From positions 3,720,001 through 3,784,000 of the forward strand of contig CATNEN010000012.1 in NCBI GenBank assembly GCA_950097015.1: a DNA stretch of 64,000 nucleotides, read 5' to 3'. The position numbers and the translations under genes are program-made. Shown here one piece after another: positions 1 to 12,058 of this stretch. The DNA comes from Macrostomum hystrix. Taxonomy: Eukaryota; Animalia; Platyhelminthes. Position 1 is the stretch's first letter, and every line of letters starts with the position of its first letter. A model generated the notes under the pieces. The model searched no databases and was not told the origin of the DNA. It saw nothing but the letters and a program-made list of their open reading frames with translations.

Positions 1-1
1 T

Positions 2-458
2 TCTGTGAATGTGTCAGTCAGTTCTATGAATGTGTTAGTCAGCTCTGTGAATGGGCCAGTCAGTTCTGTGAATGTGTTAGTCAGTTCTGTGAATGTGTCA
101 GTCAGTTCTGTGAATGTGTCAGTCAGCTCTGTGAATGTGTCAGTCAGTTCTGTGAATGTGTCAGTCAGCTCTGTGAATGTGTTAGTCAGCTCTGTGAATG
201 GGCCAGTCAGTTCTGTGAATGTGTTAGTCAGCTCTGTGAATGGGCCAGTCAGTTCTGTGAATGTGTTAGTCAGCTCTGTGAATGTGTCAGTCAGTTCTGT
301 GAATGTGTCAGTCAGTTCTGTGAATGTGTTAGTCAGCTCTGTGAATGTGTCAGTCAGCTCTGTGAATGTGTCAGTCAGCTCTGTGAATGTGTCAGTCAGT
401 TCTGTGAATGTGTCAGTCAGTTCTGTGAATGTGTCAGTCAGTTCTGTGAATGTGTCAG
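2..458. repeat. 21-bp minisatellite (tctgtgaatgtgtcagtcagt), runs off the window start
   Basis: Visible tandem array; ORF 5..493 (SSVNVSV)n is its translation. Confidence 0.95.
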
Positions 459-1255
459 TGTGGGGATGTCAACTGTGGGATGTGGGCTGTTAGTGTGTCA
501 GTATAGTGAGATCCTTACTTGAGCAATTTTCTTTGCAATGCGAAACGCACTTGAAGCCGCAGGCAGCAGCTAAGCAGTTATTTTTAGTCTTCACTGAGAA
601 TCTCAGTTTGACAGAAAAAAATAAAATATCGGACCAGCTCAGTCGGCCTCAATCAATCGCAGTTCTCAGACTGCATGACTCGGGCATTGAAATGGAGAGT
701 TTCACTTTGCAGCAGGAATCGGACCAGTGATGGAACACGAGCTCAGAGTCTGCTTACCGGATGTGGCGGGCGGATGAGGCAAAAGGAGGACAATAAGCTG
801 CTGGGTTAGATATCAGGGAATCGCTTGGGGTCCCGCTGAAAGGAAGTTTGCGCACTCAGTAAGGAACTCCAGGTCAATTCTTCTCCATTGCTTATTTGGC
901 AAAGAGGAAACCGGGTGCCAAACTTACTGTTTGGGGCGGCCTTCGCGATGGAGTTTGCATGCACCGTTTTTTTTACTCCAACGGGACGGAAAGCTGTTCT
1001 GGTCCCGGATACCAGCCGAGATGGGGTTCTCAGGTTGGGTCCCTTAAGAATTTCAGTCCACCTGCGTGTCGCCAAGGTGGGCGATTTCTACGAAATCTAG
1101 CCTTTGAAGGAAGCCAACAAAAAGGAAACACGAAACTTAAATTTACTGTTACAATGGCTTTGAAAAGAAACAGACGGAGAAAAGGGACCCCCGCGCACTG
1201 TAGATTTCAGGCGGAAGAAGCGACCCTTCTCAAGAATGACAGTTCTCAATAACGA

Positions 1256-1496
1256 TCCTTTTCAAGAGTGAAGCTTCTCAAGAGTGACCCTTCTCAAGAG
1301 TGACCCTTCTCAAGAGTGACCCTTCTCAAGAGTGACCCTTCTCAAGAGTGACCCTTCTCAAGAGTGACCCTTCTCAAGAGTGAAGCTTCTCAAGAGTGAC
1401 CCTTCTCAAGAGTGAAGCTTCTCAAGAGTGACCCTTCTCAAGAGTGACCCTTCTCAAGAGTGACCCTTCTCAAGAGTGACCCTTCTCAAGAGTGAC
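1256..1496. repeat. 17-bp minisatellite (cccttctcaagagtga-type unit), intronic/upstream in TH
   Basis: About 14 tandem copies visible. Confidence 0.9.
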
Positions 1497-1512
1497 ACTT
1501 GTCAAAATTAAG

Positions 1513-4500
1513 AATCGGATCCTGACCACAATGCAACAGCTTCAGGCAGTGGAGCTGGTGCACATGGAGTGCCGCGGCTCGGCCTCTACCATAGACATCC
1601 TGCTGGTCACCAAGTGCACGGAGGCCGGCTACGAGGCGCTGGTTCGAGCCCTCTCCGGCCTGCCACAGGTAGTCTCAGTACTGCAGGAGAACAAAGACTC
1701 TGCTAAACCAGGTGAGCGATTAGACCTACGAATCCTCAGCAAGAAATAAGTAAGTAGATGAAGCAGCTAACCTTGATCCCAAGACTGTAAAACCCCCATT
1801 CTATAAAATCACAGTCTATAAAGTCACCAGTCCTTAAGATCCCAGTCTATAAGATCCCAGTCTATAAAATCCCAGTCTATAAGATCCCAGTCTATAAGAT
1901 CCCAGTCTATAAGATCCCAGTCTATAAGATCCCAGTCTATAAGATCCCAGTCTATAAGATCCCAGTCTATAAGATCCCAGTCTATAAAATCCCAGTCTAT
2001 AAGATCCCAGTCTATAAGATCCCAGTCTATAAAATCCCAGTCTATAAAATCCCAGTCTATAAGATCCCAGTCTATATGATCCCAGTCTATAAAATCCCAG
2101 TCTATAAAATCCCAGTCTATAAGATCCCAGTCTATAAGATCCCCAATCTATAAAATCTTTTTAAAGTAGATTTCCATGTCACAAAAATATTAAAACTCAA
2201 ACTCCCATGTCCGAATCTTCAGATCCTCAAATTCCAGAATCCCTAGCTACAGAAGATATCTTGTCTAGCAAATCCTCATGAGCAGAAACTCAGAGTTTCA
2301 CATTTTGGCGCACTCGCCATGAGCTCTGCTGATCAATCAATCTCATCCAAACGCCACCCTAGACCTGTGGTTTCCGAGGCACATTTCCGAGCTGGACGAG
2401 TGCACCCACCTGCTGCTCAAGTTCCAGCCTGAGCTGGCCACAGACCATCCGGTCAGTGTCAGAAAATCATTACCTGTGATGATTTACCTGTTCAAATTAC
2501 ATTTTTTAATCGGCAATTTCCTCTCCAATCGCGTAAAACAGGGATTTCACGACCAAGAGTATAGGAAACGACGCGCGGAGGTCGTAGAAATCGCTTTCAA
2601 TTATCGATAGTAAGATTAAACTTATTTGGTTATCCCGAACGAACGAACGAACGCTGAAATCCCTAGTGATTTTTTCATTAAAATTTCAGTGGTGAGCCAA
2701 TACCGCGGGTTCAGTACACGGACATCGAAGTGCAGACTTGGTAAGATAAATTTAATAGCGACAAGTCTTTGTTGAGTCCCTCAAGAGAGACCTCACTATC
2801 TTCACGGTCGTCACTCTCCAGACACTTCACTCTCGCCACGGTAGTCACTCTCCAGTAGCGTCACTTAATTCAACACTAAGTGAATTTATTGGAACTCTAT
2901 TTGTCACAGGCGGTCGGCCTACACGACACTGAAGGCCCTGTACACCACCCACGCGTGCAAGGAACACTTGGAGGGCATTGCGCGACTGGAGACTGAGTGC
3001 GGCTACGGCCCTGACGCGATCCCTCAGTTGGAGGACATCTCCAGGTATCTCAGAAGTAAGTAGCCGTTACCTCAGTGTAGAATCTAGAGCCTCCATTCGT
3101 TTCCATCCTAGATTAAGGTGAGCAGTTCAAATTGATTTGAATTTCTCCTTTTAAATAGAGCAGACCGGCTTCTCGCTGAGACCAGTGGCTGGCCTGCTCT
3201 CTGCCAGAGACTTTCTGGCTAGCCTGGCGTTTCGCGTGTTCCAGTGCACGCAGTACATTCGCCACCACTCCAAGCCGCTTCATACGCCGGAGCCGTGAGT
3301 CACCCTTTTTAAGAGTTAAAGATGCAATGCAGAGTGGCGGTGATGTACACTGGAGGATAGAGATTCGGAGTTGAGGAAACAAGGCAGAGTGGCGGTGATG
3401 TACACTGGGGGATAGAGATTCGGAGTTGAGGAAACAAGGCAGAGTGGCGGTGATGTACACTGGGGGATAGAGATTCGGAGTTGAGGAAACAAGGCAGAGC
3501 GGCGGTGATGTACACTGGGGGAGAGAGATTCGGAGTTGAGGAAACAAGACAGAGCGGCGGTGATGTACACTGGGGGAGAGAGATTCGGAGTTGAGGAAAC
3601 AAGGCAAAGTGGCGGTGATTCACGATTCTCGCAGAGGGGACAGACGCCCTGCAGTGATTTACGTACTTAAAAGTTTATGCGACCTTCGAAATAAAATTGA
3701 CAGGGATTGCATCCACGAGATTATTGGCCACATGCCGATGCTTACTAACATGGGGTTCGCCGATTTCTCCCAGGAGATCGGACTGGCCTCGCTTGGCGCC
3801 ACCGATCAGGAGATCGAACGACTGGCCACTGTAAGCTATGCAGCTAGCAATAACCATGCACATGATGAGCTCAGTCAGCAGCTCATCAAGATTCTCCACT
3901 AAGTTTATAGCTAAACTGACGGAAAACCCGTGGAAAATCCGCGCCCAACCCTTGCAGTTGTACTGGTTCACTGTGGAATTCGGCCTGTGCCAAGAGGCCG
4001 GCCAGGTGAAGGCATACGGCGCCGGGCTGTTGTCCGCCTACGGCGAGCTGCGCCACGCGCTGTCCTCGACGCCGGAGCATCGACGATTCGAGCCGAGCTC
4101 GACCTCGGTGACGCCCTACACTGACGAGGACTACCAGCCCGTGTACTTTGTCACCGAGTCATTCGAGAGCATGAAGGCCGAGTTTCGGTGAGCTTGACCT
4201 TGAGCATGGATCAGTTTGGAACATAGACAATTGAAATGACACCTGACCCAGGTGGGGCTAAGGGTTTGGGAGAGGCCAACCCAATTAACAGGTGAAAGAC
4301 CAGTGAGGGGTAAAATATCCACATTTTTCTTTTTATTGTATCTCCTAAAATATTCAACCAATCGCCATGAAAATCCAGAACACGGGCTAGAATTTTGTTT
4401 GAATCAGATGGTGCAAATTTCACCGTCTCCACCGAAAATCGATCATTCGGTTTGGCAGCTATCGTGAAACAGCCAGTGGGTATTTGGAATAGCCCCGTGG

Positions 4501-4848
4501 TCTTTCCCCAGGGGGAAAATAGCCAGGTCTTTCTACTGTTAGGACGCATTGAAGGCGATGAGGAAGCCAGGTACAGATGTTCAAACAAGCTTGCCTACGT
4601 ACGTAGCCTTGTACCTCATGAAAATGGCCCTAAAAGCTTTCCTGATCAGTTGAGAATGTATCGATGGCACACGCGCACACGTCCGCAGAAACTATGTTAA
4701 AGCCATGAAGAAGAGCTTCGTGCCTCGCTTCGATCCGTATACGCAGCGCATCCAGACTCTGGACAACAAGGAGGCGCTCACTGCCACCTGCTCCAGTCTG
4801 CAGCGCGATCTGGACCGACTGCACCTGGCCCTGAATGAGTTCCTCTGA
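1513..4848 (+). CDS. TH: Tyrosine hydroxylase (tyrosine 3-monooxygenase), 5' end unresolved
   Basis: GT-AG exons: ~1513(or 1540/1546)-1711 (ACT domain, LVHMECR), 2363-2451, 2542-2609, 2690-2740, 2910-3055, 3159-3294, 3704-3830, 3958-4187, 4689-4848 (TGA). Motifs: [42 protein letters not shown] (TH-type; PAH/TPH have FHCTQY), iron ligands CIHEIIGH and VEFG, and PYTDEDYQ with the Asp equivalent to TH D425 (Val in PAH). Confidence 0.92.
1830..2157. repeat. 15-bp minisatellite (aagatcccagtctat) in TH intron
   Basis: About 21 tandem copies. Confidence 0.95.
3331..3620. repeat. 55-bp minisatellite in TH intron
   Basis: Unit starts at 3331, 3386, 3441 etc.; about 5 copies. Confidence 0.9.
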
Positions 4849-4969
4849 CTGAATGAGAGCTTGGGAGACACAGGCGCAGAAGGGAGAGGCAATGCGAGAA
4901 TGAGATTGAGAGAGAATTAGGGAGAGTGTGAACTGTATCTAGGGCGAGAATGGATGAGATTGAGAGAGA

Positions 4970-6325
4970 GGGTGAGAGAATAACAGTGAGAGAATAACAG
5001 AGTGAGAGAATGAGAGAGTGAGAGAGTGAGAGAATGAGAGAGTGAGAGAGTGAGAGAGTGAGAGAGTGAGAGAGTGAGAGAATGAGAGAGTGAGAGAGTG
5101 AGAGAATGAGAGAGTGAGAGAGTGAGAGAGTGAGAGAATGAGAGTGAGAGAGTGAGAGAATTAGAGAGTGAGAGAGTGAGAGAGTGAGAGAGTGAGAGAA
5201 TCAGAGAGTGAGAGAATCAGAGAGTGAGAGAATAAGAGAGTGAGAGAATAAGAGAGTGAGAGAATAAGAGAGTGAGAGAGTGAGAGAGTGAGAGAGTGAG
5301 AGAATAAGAGAGTGAGAGAGTGAGAGAGTGAGAGAGTAAGAGAGTGAGAGAATAAGAGAGTGAGAGAGTGAGAGAGTAAGAGAGTGAGAGAATAAGAGAG
5401 TGAGAGAGTGAGAGAGTGAGAGAGTGAGAGAATAAGAGAGTGAGAGAGTGAGAGAGTGAGAGAGTAAGAGAGTGAGAGAATATGAGAGTGAGAGAGTGAG
5501 AGAGTAAGAGAGTGAGAGAATATGAGAGTGAGAGAGTGAGAGAGTAAGAGAGTGAGAGAATAAGAGAGTGAGAGAGTGAGAGAGTGAGAGAGTGAGAGAA
5601 TAAGAGAGTGAGAGAGTGAGAGAGTGAGAGAGTAAGAGAGTGAGAGAATATGAGAGTGAGAGAGTGAGAGAGTGAGAGAGTGAGAGAGTAAGAGAGTGAG
5701 AGAATATGAGAGTGAGAGAGTGAGAGAGTAAGAGAGTGAGAGAATATGAGAGTGAGAGAGTGAGAGAGTAAGAGAGTGAGAGAATAAGAGAGTGAGAGAG
5801 TGAGAGAGTGAGAGAGTGAGAGAATAAGAGAGTGAGAGAGTGAGAGAGTGAGAGAGTGAGAGAGTAAGAGAGTGAGAGAATATGAGAGTGAGAGAGTGAG
5901 AGAGTAAGAGAGTGAGAGAATATGAGAGTGAGAGAGTGAGAGAGTGAGAGAGTAAGAGAGTGAGAGAATATGAGAATAAGAGAGTGAGAGAGTGAGAGAG
6001 TGAGAGAGTGAGAGAATAAGAGAGTGAGAGAATAAGAGAGTGAGAGAGTGAGAGAGTGAGAGAGTGAGAGAGTGAGAGAATAAGAGAGTGAGAGAATAAG
6101 AGAGTGAGAGAGTGAGAGAGTGAGAGAGTGAGAGAGTAAGAGAGTGAGAGAATATGAGAGTGAGAGAGTGAGAGAGTAAGAGAGTGAGAGAATATGAGAG
6201 TGAGAGAGTGAGAGAGTGAGAGAGTGAGAGAGTGAGGGAGTGAGACAGTGAGAGAGTGAGAGAGTGAGAGAATAAGAGAGTGAGAGAGTGAGAGAGTGAG
6301 AGAGTGAGAGAGTGAGAGAGAGAAT
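4970..6325. repeat. GA-rich satellite (gagagagt with 10-bp variants) downstream of TH
   Basis: About 1.35 kb, almost C-free on the + strand; ORF 5161..6420(-) is its artefactual translation. Confidence 0.95.
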
Positions 6326-7013
6326 TGAAGAGAGAGATAAAGAACGGGAGAGAGAGTGTTAGGGAATAAGAGAGAGAGTGACAGAAAAGGATTGAAAATG
6401 TAGACCAAATTGAAAAGCAACTTTAGCGAAGAACATTATTAATTATTATCTTCAATATTTAATCAAAAGTGCACATAGTTAGTCAAACTAATTATTTTCC
6501 TCATTAGTATAGACCTTTAGTATATAGTATTGCATCACATCACTTTTTGCACTGACTTTAAAAATAATTTACTTTAATGCTTCTAAATTAATTTTTAAAA
6601 GCTTTATTTTAGTTTCTTTGCGTTTAGAAATTCATTGCTTAGTACTTGAATCTACTAGTACTGACAACAAACGCTTTGTTCAGTAATATACAAGTAGTTA
6701 GAACTAGACAATTATATATTTTGAAAAAAAATAATGAATTTTGATTGGCTTAGATCATAGATTTACTCAAGCATCGATTAATCAGCTAATCATTAGCCAC
6801 GACTCAGTGTTCGCGTCCTTCGTTTGATTCTCTGATTTGTCATCGATAATTGGACATCAGGTTGAGTGCATTCGTGAGTTCCAGTATCTATCGGTTTTGT
6901 ATCGAATTTGTTGTCTGCGACTAAATGAGCCTTAATTGACTGATACTGTAGCGATAAGCCAAGAACCTGTGTCACCTCTGCTTTCTAACAACTGATTTCA
7001 GGAAATTTCCATT

Positions 7014-8535
7014 GTAGAATCATGCCTACAGAATCATGCCTACAGAATCATGCCTACAGAATCATGCCTACAGAATCATGCCTACAGAATCATGCTTACA
7101 GAATCATGCTTGCAGAATCATGCCTACAGAATCATGCTTACAGAATCATGCTTACAGAATCATGCCTGCAGAATCATGATTGCAGAATATTGCTGGAAGA
7201 AGATTGCTTGCAGAATCATGCTTGCAGAATCATACTTGCAGAATATTGCTGGAAGAAGATTGCTGGAAGAAGATTGCTTGCAGAATCATGCCTACAGAAT
7301 CATGCCTACAGAATCATGCTTGCAGAATCATGCCTACAGAATCATGCCTACAGAATCATGCCTACAGAATCATGCCTACAGAATCATGCCTACAGAATCA
7401 TGCTTACAGAATCATGCCTACAGAATCATGCTTGCAGAATCATGCCTACAGAATCATGCTTACAGAATCATGCCTACAGAATCATGCCTACAGAATCATG
7501 CTTACAGAATCATGCTTGCAGAATCATGCCTACAGAATCATGCCTACAGAATCATGCCTACAGAATCATGCCTACAGAATCATGCCTACAGAATCATGCC
7601 TACAGAATCATGCTTACAGAATCATGCTTGCAGAATCATGCCTACAGAATCATGCTTACAGAATCATGCTTACAGAATCATGCCTGCAGAATCATGATTG
7701 CAGAATATTGCTGGAAGAAGATTGCTTGCAGAATCATGCTTGCAGAATCATACTTGCAGAATATTGCTGGAAGAAGATTGCTGGAAGAAGATTGCTTGCA
7801 GAATCATGCCTACAGAATCATGCCTACAGAATCATGCTTGCAGAATCATGCCTACAGAATCATGCCTACAGAATCATGCCTACAGAATCATGCCTACAGA
7901 ATCATGCCTACAGAATCATGCTTACAGAATCATGCCTACAGAATCATGCTTGCAGAATCATGCCTACAGAATCATGCTTACAGAATCATGCCTACAGAAT
8001 CATGCCTACAGAATCATGCTTACAGAATCATGCTTGCAGAATCATGCCTACAGAATCATGCTTACAGAATCATGCCTACAGAATCATGCCTACAGAATCA
8101 TGCTTCTAGAATCATGCCTACAGAATCATGCTTGCAGAATCATGCCTACAGAATCATGCTTACAGAATCATGCCTACAGAATCATGCCTACAGAATCATG
8201 CTTACAGAATCATGCCTACAGAATCATGCCTACAGAATCATGCCTACAGAATCATGCTTACAGAATCATGCCTACAGAATCATGCCTACAGAATCATGCT
8301 TCTAGAATCATGCCTACAGAATCATACTTGCAGAATATTGCTTGCAGAAGATTGCTTGCAGAATCATACTTGCAGAATATTGCTTGCAGAAGATTGCTTG
8401 CAGAATCATACTTGCAGAATATTGCTTGCAGAAGATTGCTTGCAGAATCATACTTGCAGAATATTGCTTGCAGAAGATTGCTTGCAGAAGATTGCTTGCA
8501 GAATATTGCTAGAAGAATATTGCTAGAAGAATCAG
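7014..8535. repeat. 14-bp composite minisatellite (agaatcatgcctac and variants) with 518-bp higher-order period
   Basis: A variant block recurs at 7171 and 7689 (518 = 37 x 14). The array continues at 12059-12375 on the other side of the RTE element. Confidence 0.93.
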
Positions 8536-8802
8536 CCACTTATATTTACAGAGCCACTTATATTTACAGAGCCACTTATATTTACAGAGCCACTTATATT
8601 TACAGAGCCACTTATATTTACAGAGCCACTTATATTTACAGAGCCACTTATATTTACAGAGCCACTTATATTTACAGAGCCACTTATATTTACAGAGCCA
8701 CTTATATTTACAGAGCCACTTATATTTACAGAGCCACTTATATTTACAGAGCCACTTATATTTACAGAGCCACTTATATTTACAGAGCCACTTATATTTA
8801 CA
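8535..8802. repeat. Perfect 18-bp tandem repeat (gccacttatatttacaga) x15 at the RTE 5' end
   Basis: 14 full copies plus one 16-bp copy, no mismatches seen, ending 16 bp before the RTE ATG. Confidence 0.95.
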
Positions 8803-11800
8803 CTGATGTGCAAGTATAATGCTGACGCCTCCTGGTGACGCAGCAGCAGCACCTGCATCAGACTGCGCTCTCCTCGGTCGGCTCGGTGAGCCGCGCCCCC
8901 CGGCTGCGGCTGCAAAAGTCAGCACCAAAGTGAGACGGGGCAAGCGGAGCGTTCGGCGTCGGATTGAGAGGCGTCGTGAACGGAATCGCAGAGGCCGGCT
9001 GCGCGGATCCAACATGCGCAGCCAGCCCACCCCGTCCACTGAGGATTTGGATCTGCCGGGTGGCGCCGGAGACCATGAGGCCCAATGTCAGCGGGCCCCA
9101 GCCGTACCAGACTGCACGCTTAGATTGGCAACCTTCAACTGCCGCACTCTGAAGGCAACCTGGCGAAGAGGATTGGTTGCCCAACTCGCCCAAGATCTGC
9201 GTTTGGACATCCTGATGTTGCAAGAGCATTCCATCGTCAGCGGACCCAACTTGCAAGTGGAAGACCTTGGTGGCGGCTGGACACTGTTCTACACCTCCGC
9301 GGACAAGAAAGGACGTGGCGGGGTCGGTGCCCTTGTAAACCCTCGGCTGCGACAAAGCGTGCGCTGTCTCCCCCTGAGCCCCCGACTGATGCGGGTTGAC
9401 ATTCGCCTACGTAACCGCAACGCGCGCCTCTTCTGCGCGTACGCGCCGACAGCTGCCCACCCAGAAGAAGCTGGCAGGTTCTACGATCTCCTGTCGGCTC
9501 AACTAGAAACCATCGCGCAGCGAGACACTCTGGTGGTGCTTGGCGATCTGAATGCGGTGATGCGTCGATCCGCTAGCGCCCCTTATGTGACTTCACGCGA
9601 GAATCCAAACACTGATGCGCTGGTGAGTCTGACAGAGCAGCACGATCTGGTGTCTGCAAATACCACCTTCCGCAAACCTGCCAGCCGGCTCGCGACCTTT
9701 ACCGGCTGTAAACGGAGAAGGCGAAATGCAACCGGCCGTAACGCGACTTGCAGGCTAGCGCAGTTAGACCACGTGCTACTGCGCACTCGCGAACGCCGCC
9801 GAGCATTGAATTGCGACACCGTCAGACCACTGGCCGTGGGGTCAGACCATAAGTTGCTGTTCTGTGACTTGCGTCTCCGTGACCCCCTGTACCGACCACC
9901 GAAGAAAAGACCGAGGCGTTTCTTTAGAGCACTGCGGAACCCAGCAACTAGGAACCGCTTCTCTCGCGCCTTCTCCACCGCGCTGGGCGACACCCACAAC
10001 GCTCAGTATGGTGACATATGCGACGCAATCCACACCGCGGCGGAAAGCACGCTACCACTCGTGCGTCCACCGCAGCGCTCACAACCAGTGTGGATGAGCG
10101 ACCCAGCGATCAGAGAGGCCCAAGATCGAGTGCAGCGACTCAGGAGGAGCAGGCACACAACAGACGAGGCGGAAAAGGCCCTCGCCATTGTCTACAAAGA
10201 GCAGCAGCTGGCTGCCGTGAGCGAGGCCATCCGCGCCGTCACCTCCGCCGCCCCGGACAGGAAAAGCGGCACCGTGTGGACTGCCATCAACACCCTCACT
10301 GGCAGGAAGCAACGCACGGCGCTCAACCTGGTTGGGGACACGCCGGATGAGCGCAAGAACAGCCTGCCGGACTTTTTCGCTAGCATAGTGAATGCGCCAC
10401 CACCTGCGCTCCTTGATGTGCTGGCGCTGCCCCCTGACACGCCACTGCCGCCTCCGCATCATTTCTGTACCGGCCATGTGACCGCAATCGATGTTTGTCA
10501 GCTCGCCAAGAAGATCCCAGGCGGCAAGGCAACGGGTCCCGACGAAGTTCCCAACGAGGTGCTCAGACTGCCCAAGGTCGCCCAGGAGATCGCCAGGGTG
10601 ATCAACAACGTTCTCGATACTGGCGTCGCACCTCCGGAGTGGACCCGAGCACATATCGTCGGAATCCCCAAGAAGCCGGGCACCAACAAGATTGAAGAAC
10701 ATCGGGGCATCTCCCTGATGTCCTGTGCCGCCAAGCTGCACAACAAGCTGCTACTGTCGCGCTTGCAGCCAGTGCTGGACCCTTACCTGCGGTACGAGCA
10801 GAATGGGTTCCGGCCACGACGTGGTACAGTCACGCAAATTCTGGCGCTCCGGAGAATTATCGAGGAATCGCGCATTCGCCAGTCGGACCTTTTCTGTCTG
10901 TTCATCGACTTCCTGAAGGCTTTCGACTCGGTGGCTCGAGGCGTGATTCCACTAGTTCTCCGAGCCTACAACGTGCCAGAGAAACTGATTGCAGCAGTGA
11001 TGGCGCTCTACCACGACACGCACGCTGCTGTGATCACACCTGACGGCCTTTCCGACTTCTTCACCACCTCATCCGGAGTCCTGCAAGGAGACACCCTCGC
11101 TCCCTTCCTGTTCATCCTCATCTTGGACTGGGTGCTGCGGACAGGACTACCGGACAACTCGGACGGCTACATCCTATGCAGGCGAACGAGCAGCCGGCAC
11201 CCGGAGAAGCGGCTGGCAGTCCTCGGATATGCTGATGACCTCGCCCTGCTGGCATCCACTGCTGCTGGTGCTCAACGCCTCCTCGACGGCCTAGCTGCTG
11301 CCGCTGCGAAGGTTGGCCTTAAGATCAACGCCAAGAAGACGGAGGTCCTGACTGTGCCAGCCGATCTGCCAGCGGTCATCCGCCTTCCCAGCATGGACAG
11401 CGCAACGGCAGCACCGCTCCCCCGATGTGAGCAGTTCCGGTACCTTGGTGGTCTCGTGCCCAGCGTCCAGGAGGACCTGCGGCGTCGCAGAGGGCTTGCG
11501 TGGGCGGCTTTCCGCTCAGTGCGCATCGTGCTCCAAAGCGACGCCCTGCCAGACCAGCTGAGAACCCGACTGTTCCAGGCGGTGGTGGAAACGGTGCTCT
11601 TCTACAACGCCGAGACCTGGACCATGACGGATGTGCTGGAGCGCCAGCTGGACGCGGCGCACTCCAGCCTGCTGCGCGCTGCCTTCAGCGTGCACCGTCA
11701 CGCCGAACACGTCACCAACCAGGCTCTCTACCAGCGGGCCAAGCTGAGCCCTCCCAGCGTGACCCTGCGACAGCGCCGCCTGAAGCTGGCGGGCCACGTC

Positions 11801-12058
11801 ATTCGCGCCGAGTCCTACTGCCCGGAGCCGCTGCAGGAGGTCTTGCTGTACACGCAGCAGGGCCCGTTCCGGCGGGGGCAGGCGCGGACCCGGAGGTTCG
11901 TCGACTGTCTGACAGAAGACGCCAGGGCGCCTGATCAGATCAATGGCGCTACCTTCATCAGAGACTGCGCAGCTAAGCGTGCTTTTTGACAATGTCCCCC
12001 CCTTTCCTGACCACTTGTGGCCGGTGGCCATTGTATTTATTATTGTATTGTATTATTG
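8536..12058 (+). mobile_element. RTE-clade non-LTR retrotransposon, apparently full length
   Basis: Single intact ORF, short 3' UTR ending in an (attgt/att)-type tail at 12030-12058, and candidate 12-bp TSD tagaagaatcag (8524-8535 and 12059-12070). The TSD is confounded by the flanking minisatellite. Confidence 0.88.
8819..11989 (+). CDS. RTE ORF: APE endonuclease + reverse transcriptase (1056 aa)
   Basis: APE motifs TFNCRTL, LQEH, YAPT, LGDLNA, LDHVL, SDH; RT motifs ATGPDEV, RGISL, QNGFR, DFLKAFDSV, QGDTLAPFLF, YADD, YLG; RTE-type C-terminal LAGHVIR. Confidence 0.95.
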   Translation: MLTPPGDAAAAPASDCALLGRLGEPRPPAAAAKVSTKVRRGKRSVRRRIERRRERNRRGRLRGSNMRSQPTPSTEDLDLPGGAGDHEAQCQRAPAVPDCTLRLATFNCRTLKATWRRGLVAQLAQDLRLDILMLQEHSIVSGPNLQVEDLGGGWTLFYTSADKKGRGGVGALVNPRLRQSVRCLPLSPRLMRVDIRLRNRNARLFCAYAPTAAHPEEAGRFYDLLSAQLETIAQRDTLVVLGDLNAVMRRSASAPYVTSRENPNTDALVSLTEQHDLVSANTTFRKPASRLATFTGCKRRRRNATGRNATCRLAQLDHVLLRTRERRRALNCDTVRPLAVGSDHKLLFCDLRLRDPLYRPPKKRPRRFFRALRNPATRNRFSRAFSTALGDTHNAQYGDICDAIHTAAESTLPLVRPPQRSQPVWMSDPAIREAQDRVQRLRRSRHTTDEAEKALAIVYKEQQLAAVSEAIRAVTSAAPDRKSGTVWTAINTLTGRKQRTALNLVGDTPDERKNSLPDFFASIVNAPPPALLDVLALPPDTPLPPPHHFCTGHVTAIDVCQLAKKIPGGKATGPDEVPNEVLRLPKVAQEIARVINNVLDTGVAPPEWTRAHIVGIPKKPGTNKIEEHRGISLMSCAAKLHNKLLLSRLQPVLDPYLRYEQNGFRPRRGTVTQILALRRIIEESRIRQSDLFCLFIDFLKAFDSVARGVIPLVLRAYNVPEKLIAAVMALYHDTHAAVITPDGLSDFFTTSSGVLQGDTLAPFLFILILDWVLRTGLPDNSDGYILCRRTSSRHPEKRLAVLGYADDLALLASTAAGAQRLLDGLAAAAAKVGLKINAKKTEVLTVPADLPAVIRLPSMDSATAAPLPRCEQFRYLGGLVPSVQEDLRRRRGLAWAAFRSVRIVLQSDALPDQLRTRLFQAVVETVLFYNAETWTMTDVLERQLDAAHSSLLRAAFSVHRHAEHVTNQALYQRAKLSPPSVTLRQRRLKLAGHVIRAESYCPEPLQEVLLYTQQGPFRRGQARTRRFVDCLTEDARAPDQINGATFIRDCAAKRAF

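Noticed and set aside
5-493. 162-aa ORF (SSVNVSV)n
   Set aside because: Translation of a 21-bp minisatellite; no coding evidence.
880-1000. AKLTVWGGLRDGVCMHRFF resembling a Tc1/mariner transposase segment
   Set aside because: Single short motif with no TIRs or DDE/D residues; would need an HMM hit.
5161-6420. 419-aa Leu/Ser/His ORF
   Set aside because: Stop-free reading of a CT/GA satellite.
7022-8819. Overlapping long ORFs in all three frames (MPTESCLQNHAYRI)n
   Set aside because: A 14-bp repeat lacking stops opens every frame.
8858-12031. Numerous antisense and alternate-frame ORFs over the RTE
   Set aside because: Shadows of a GC-rich coding sequence with no motifs. Likewise for shadows over the Gypsy element, IBTK, TBC1D23 and the caspase.
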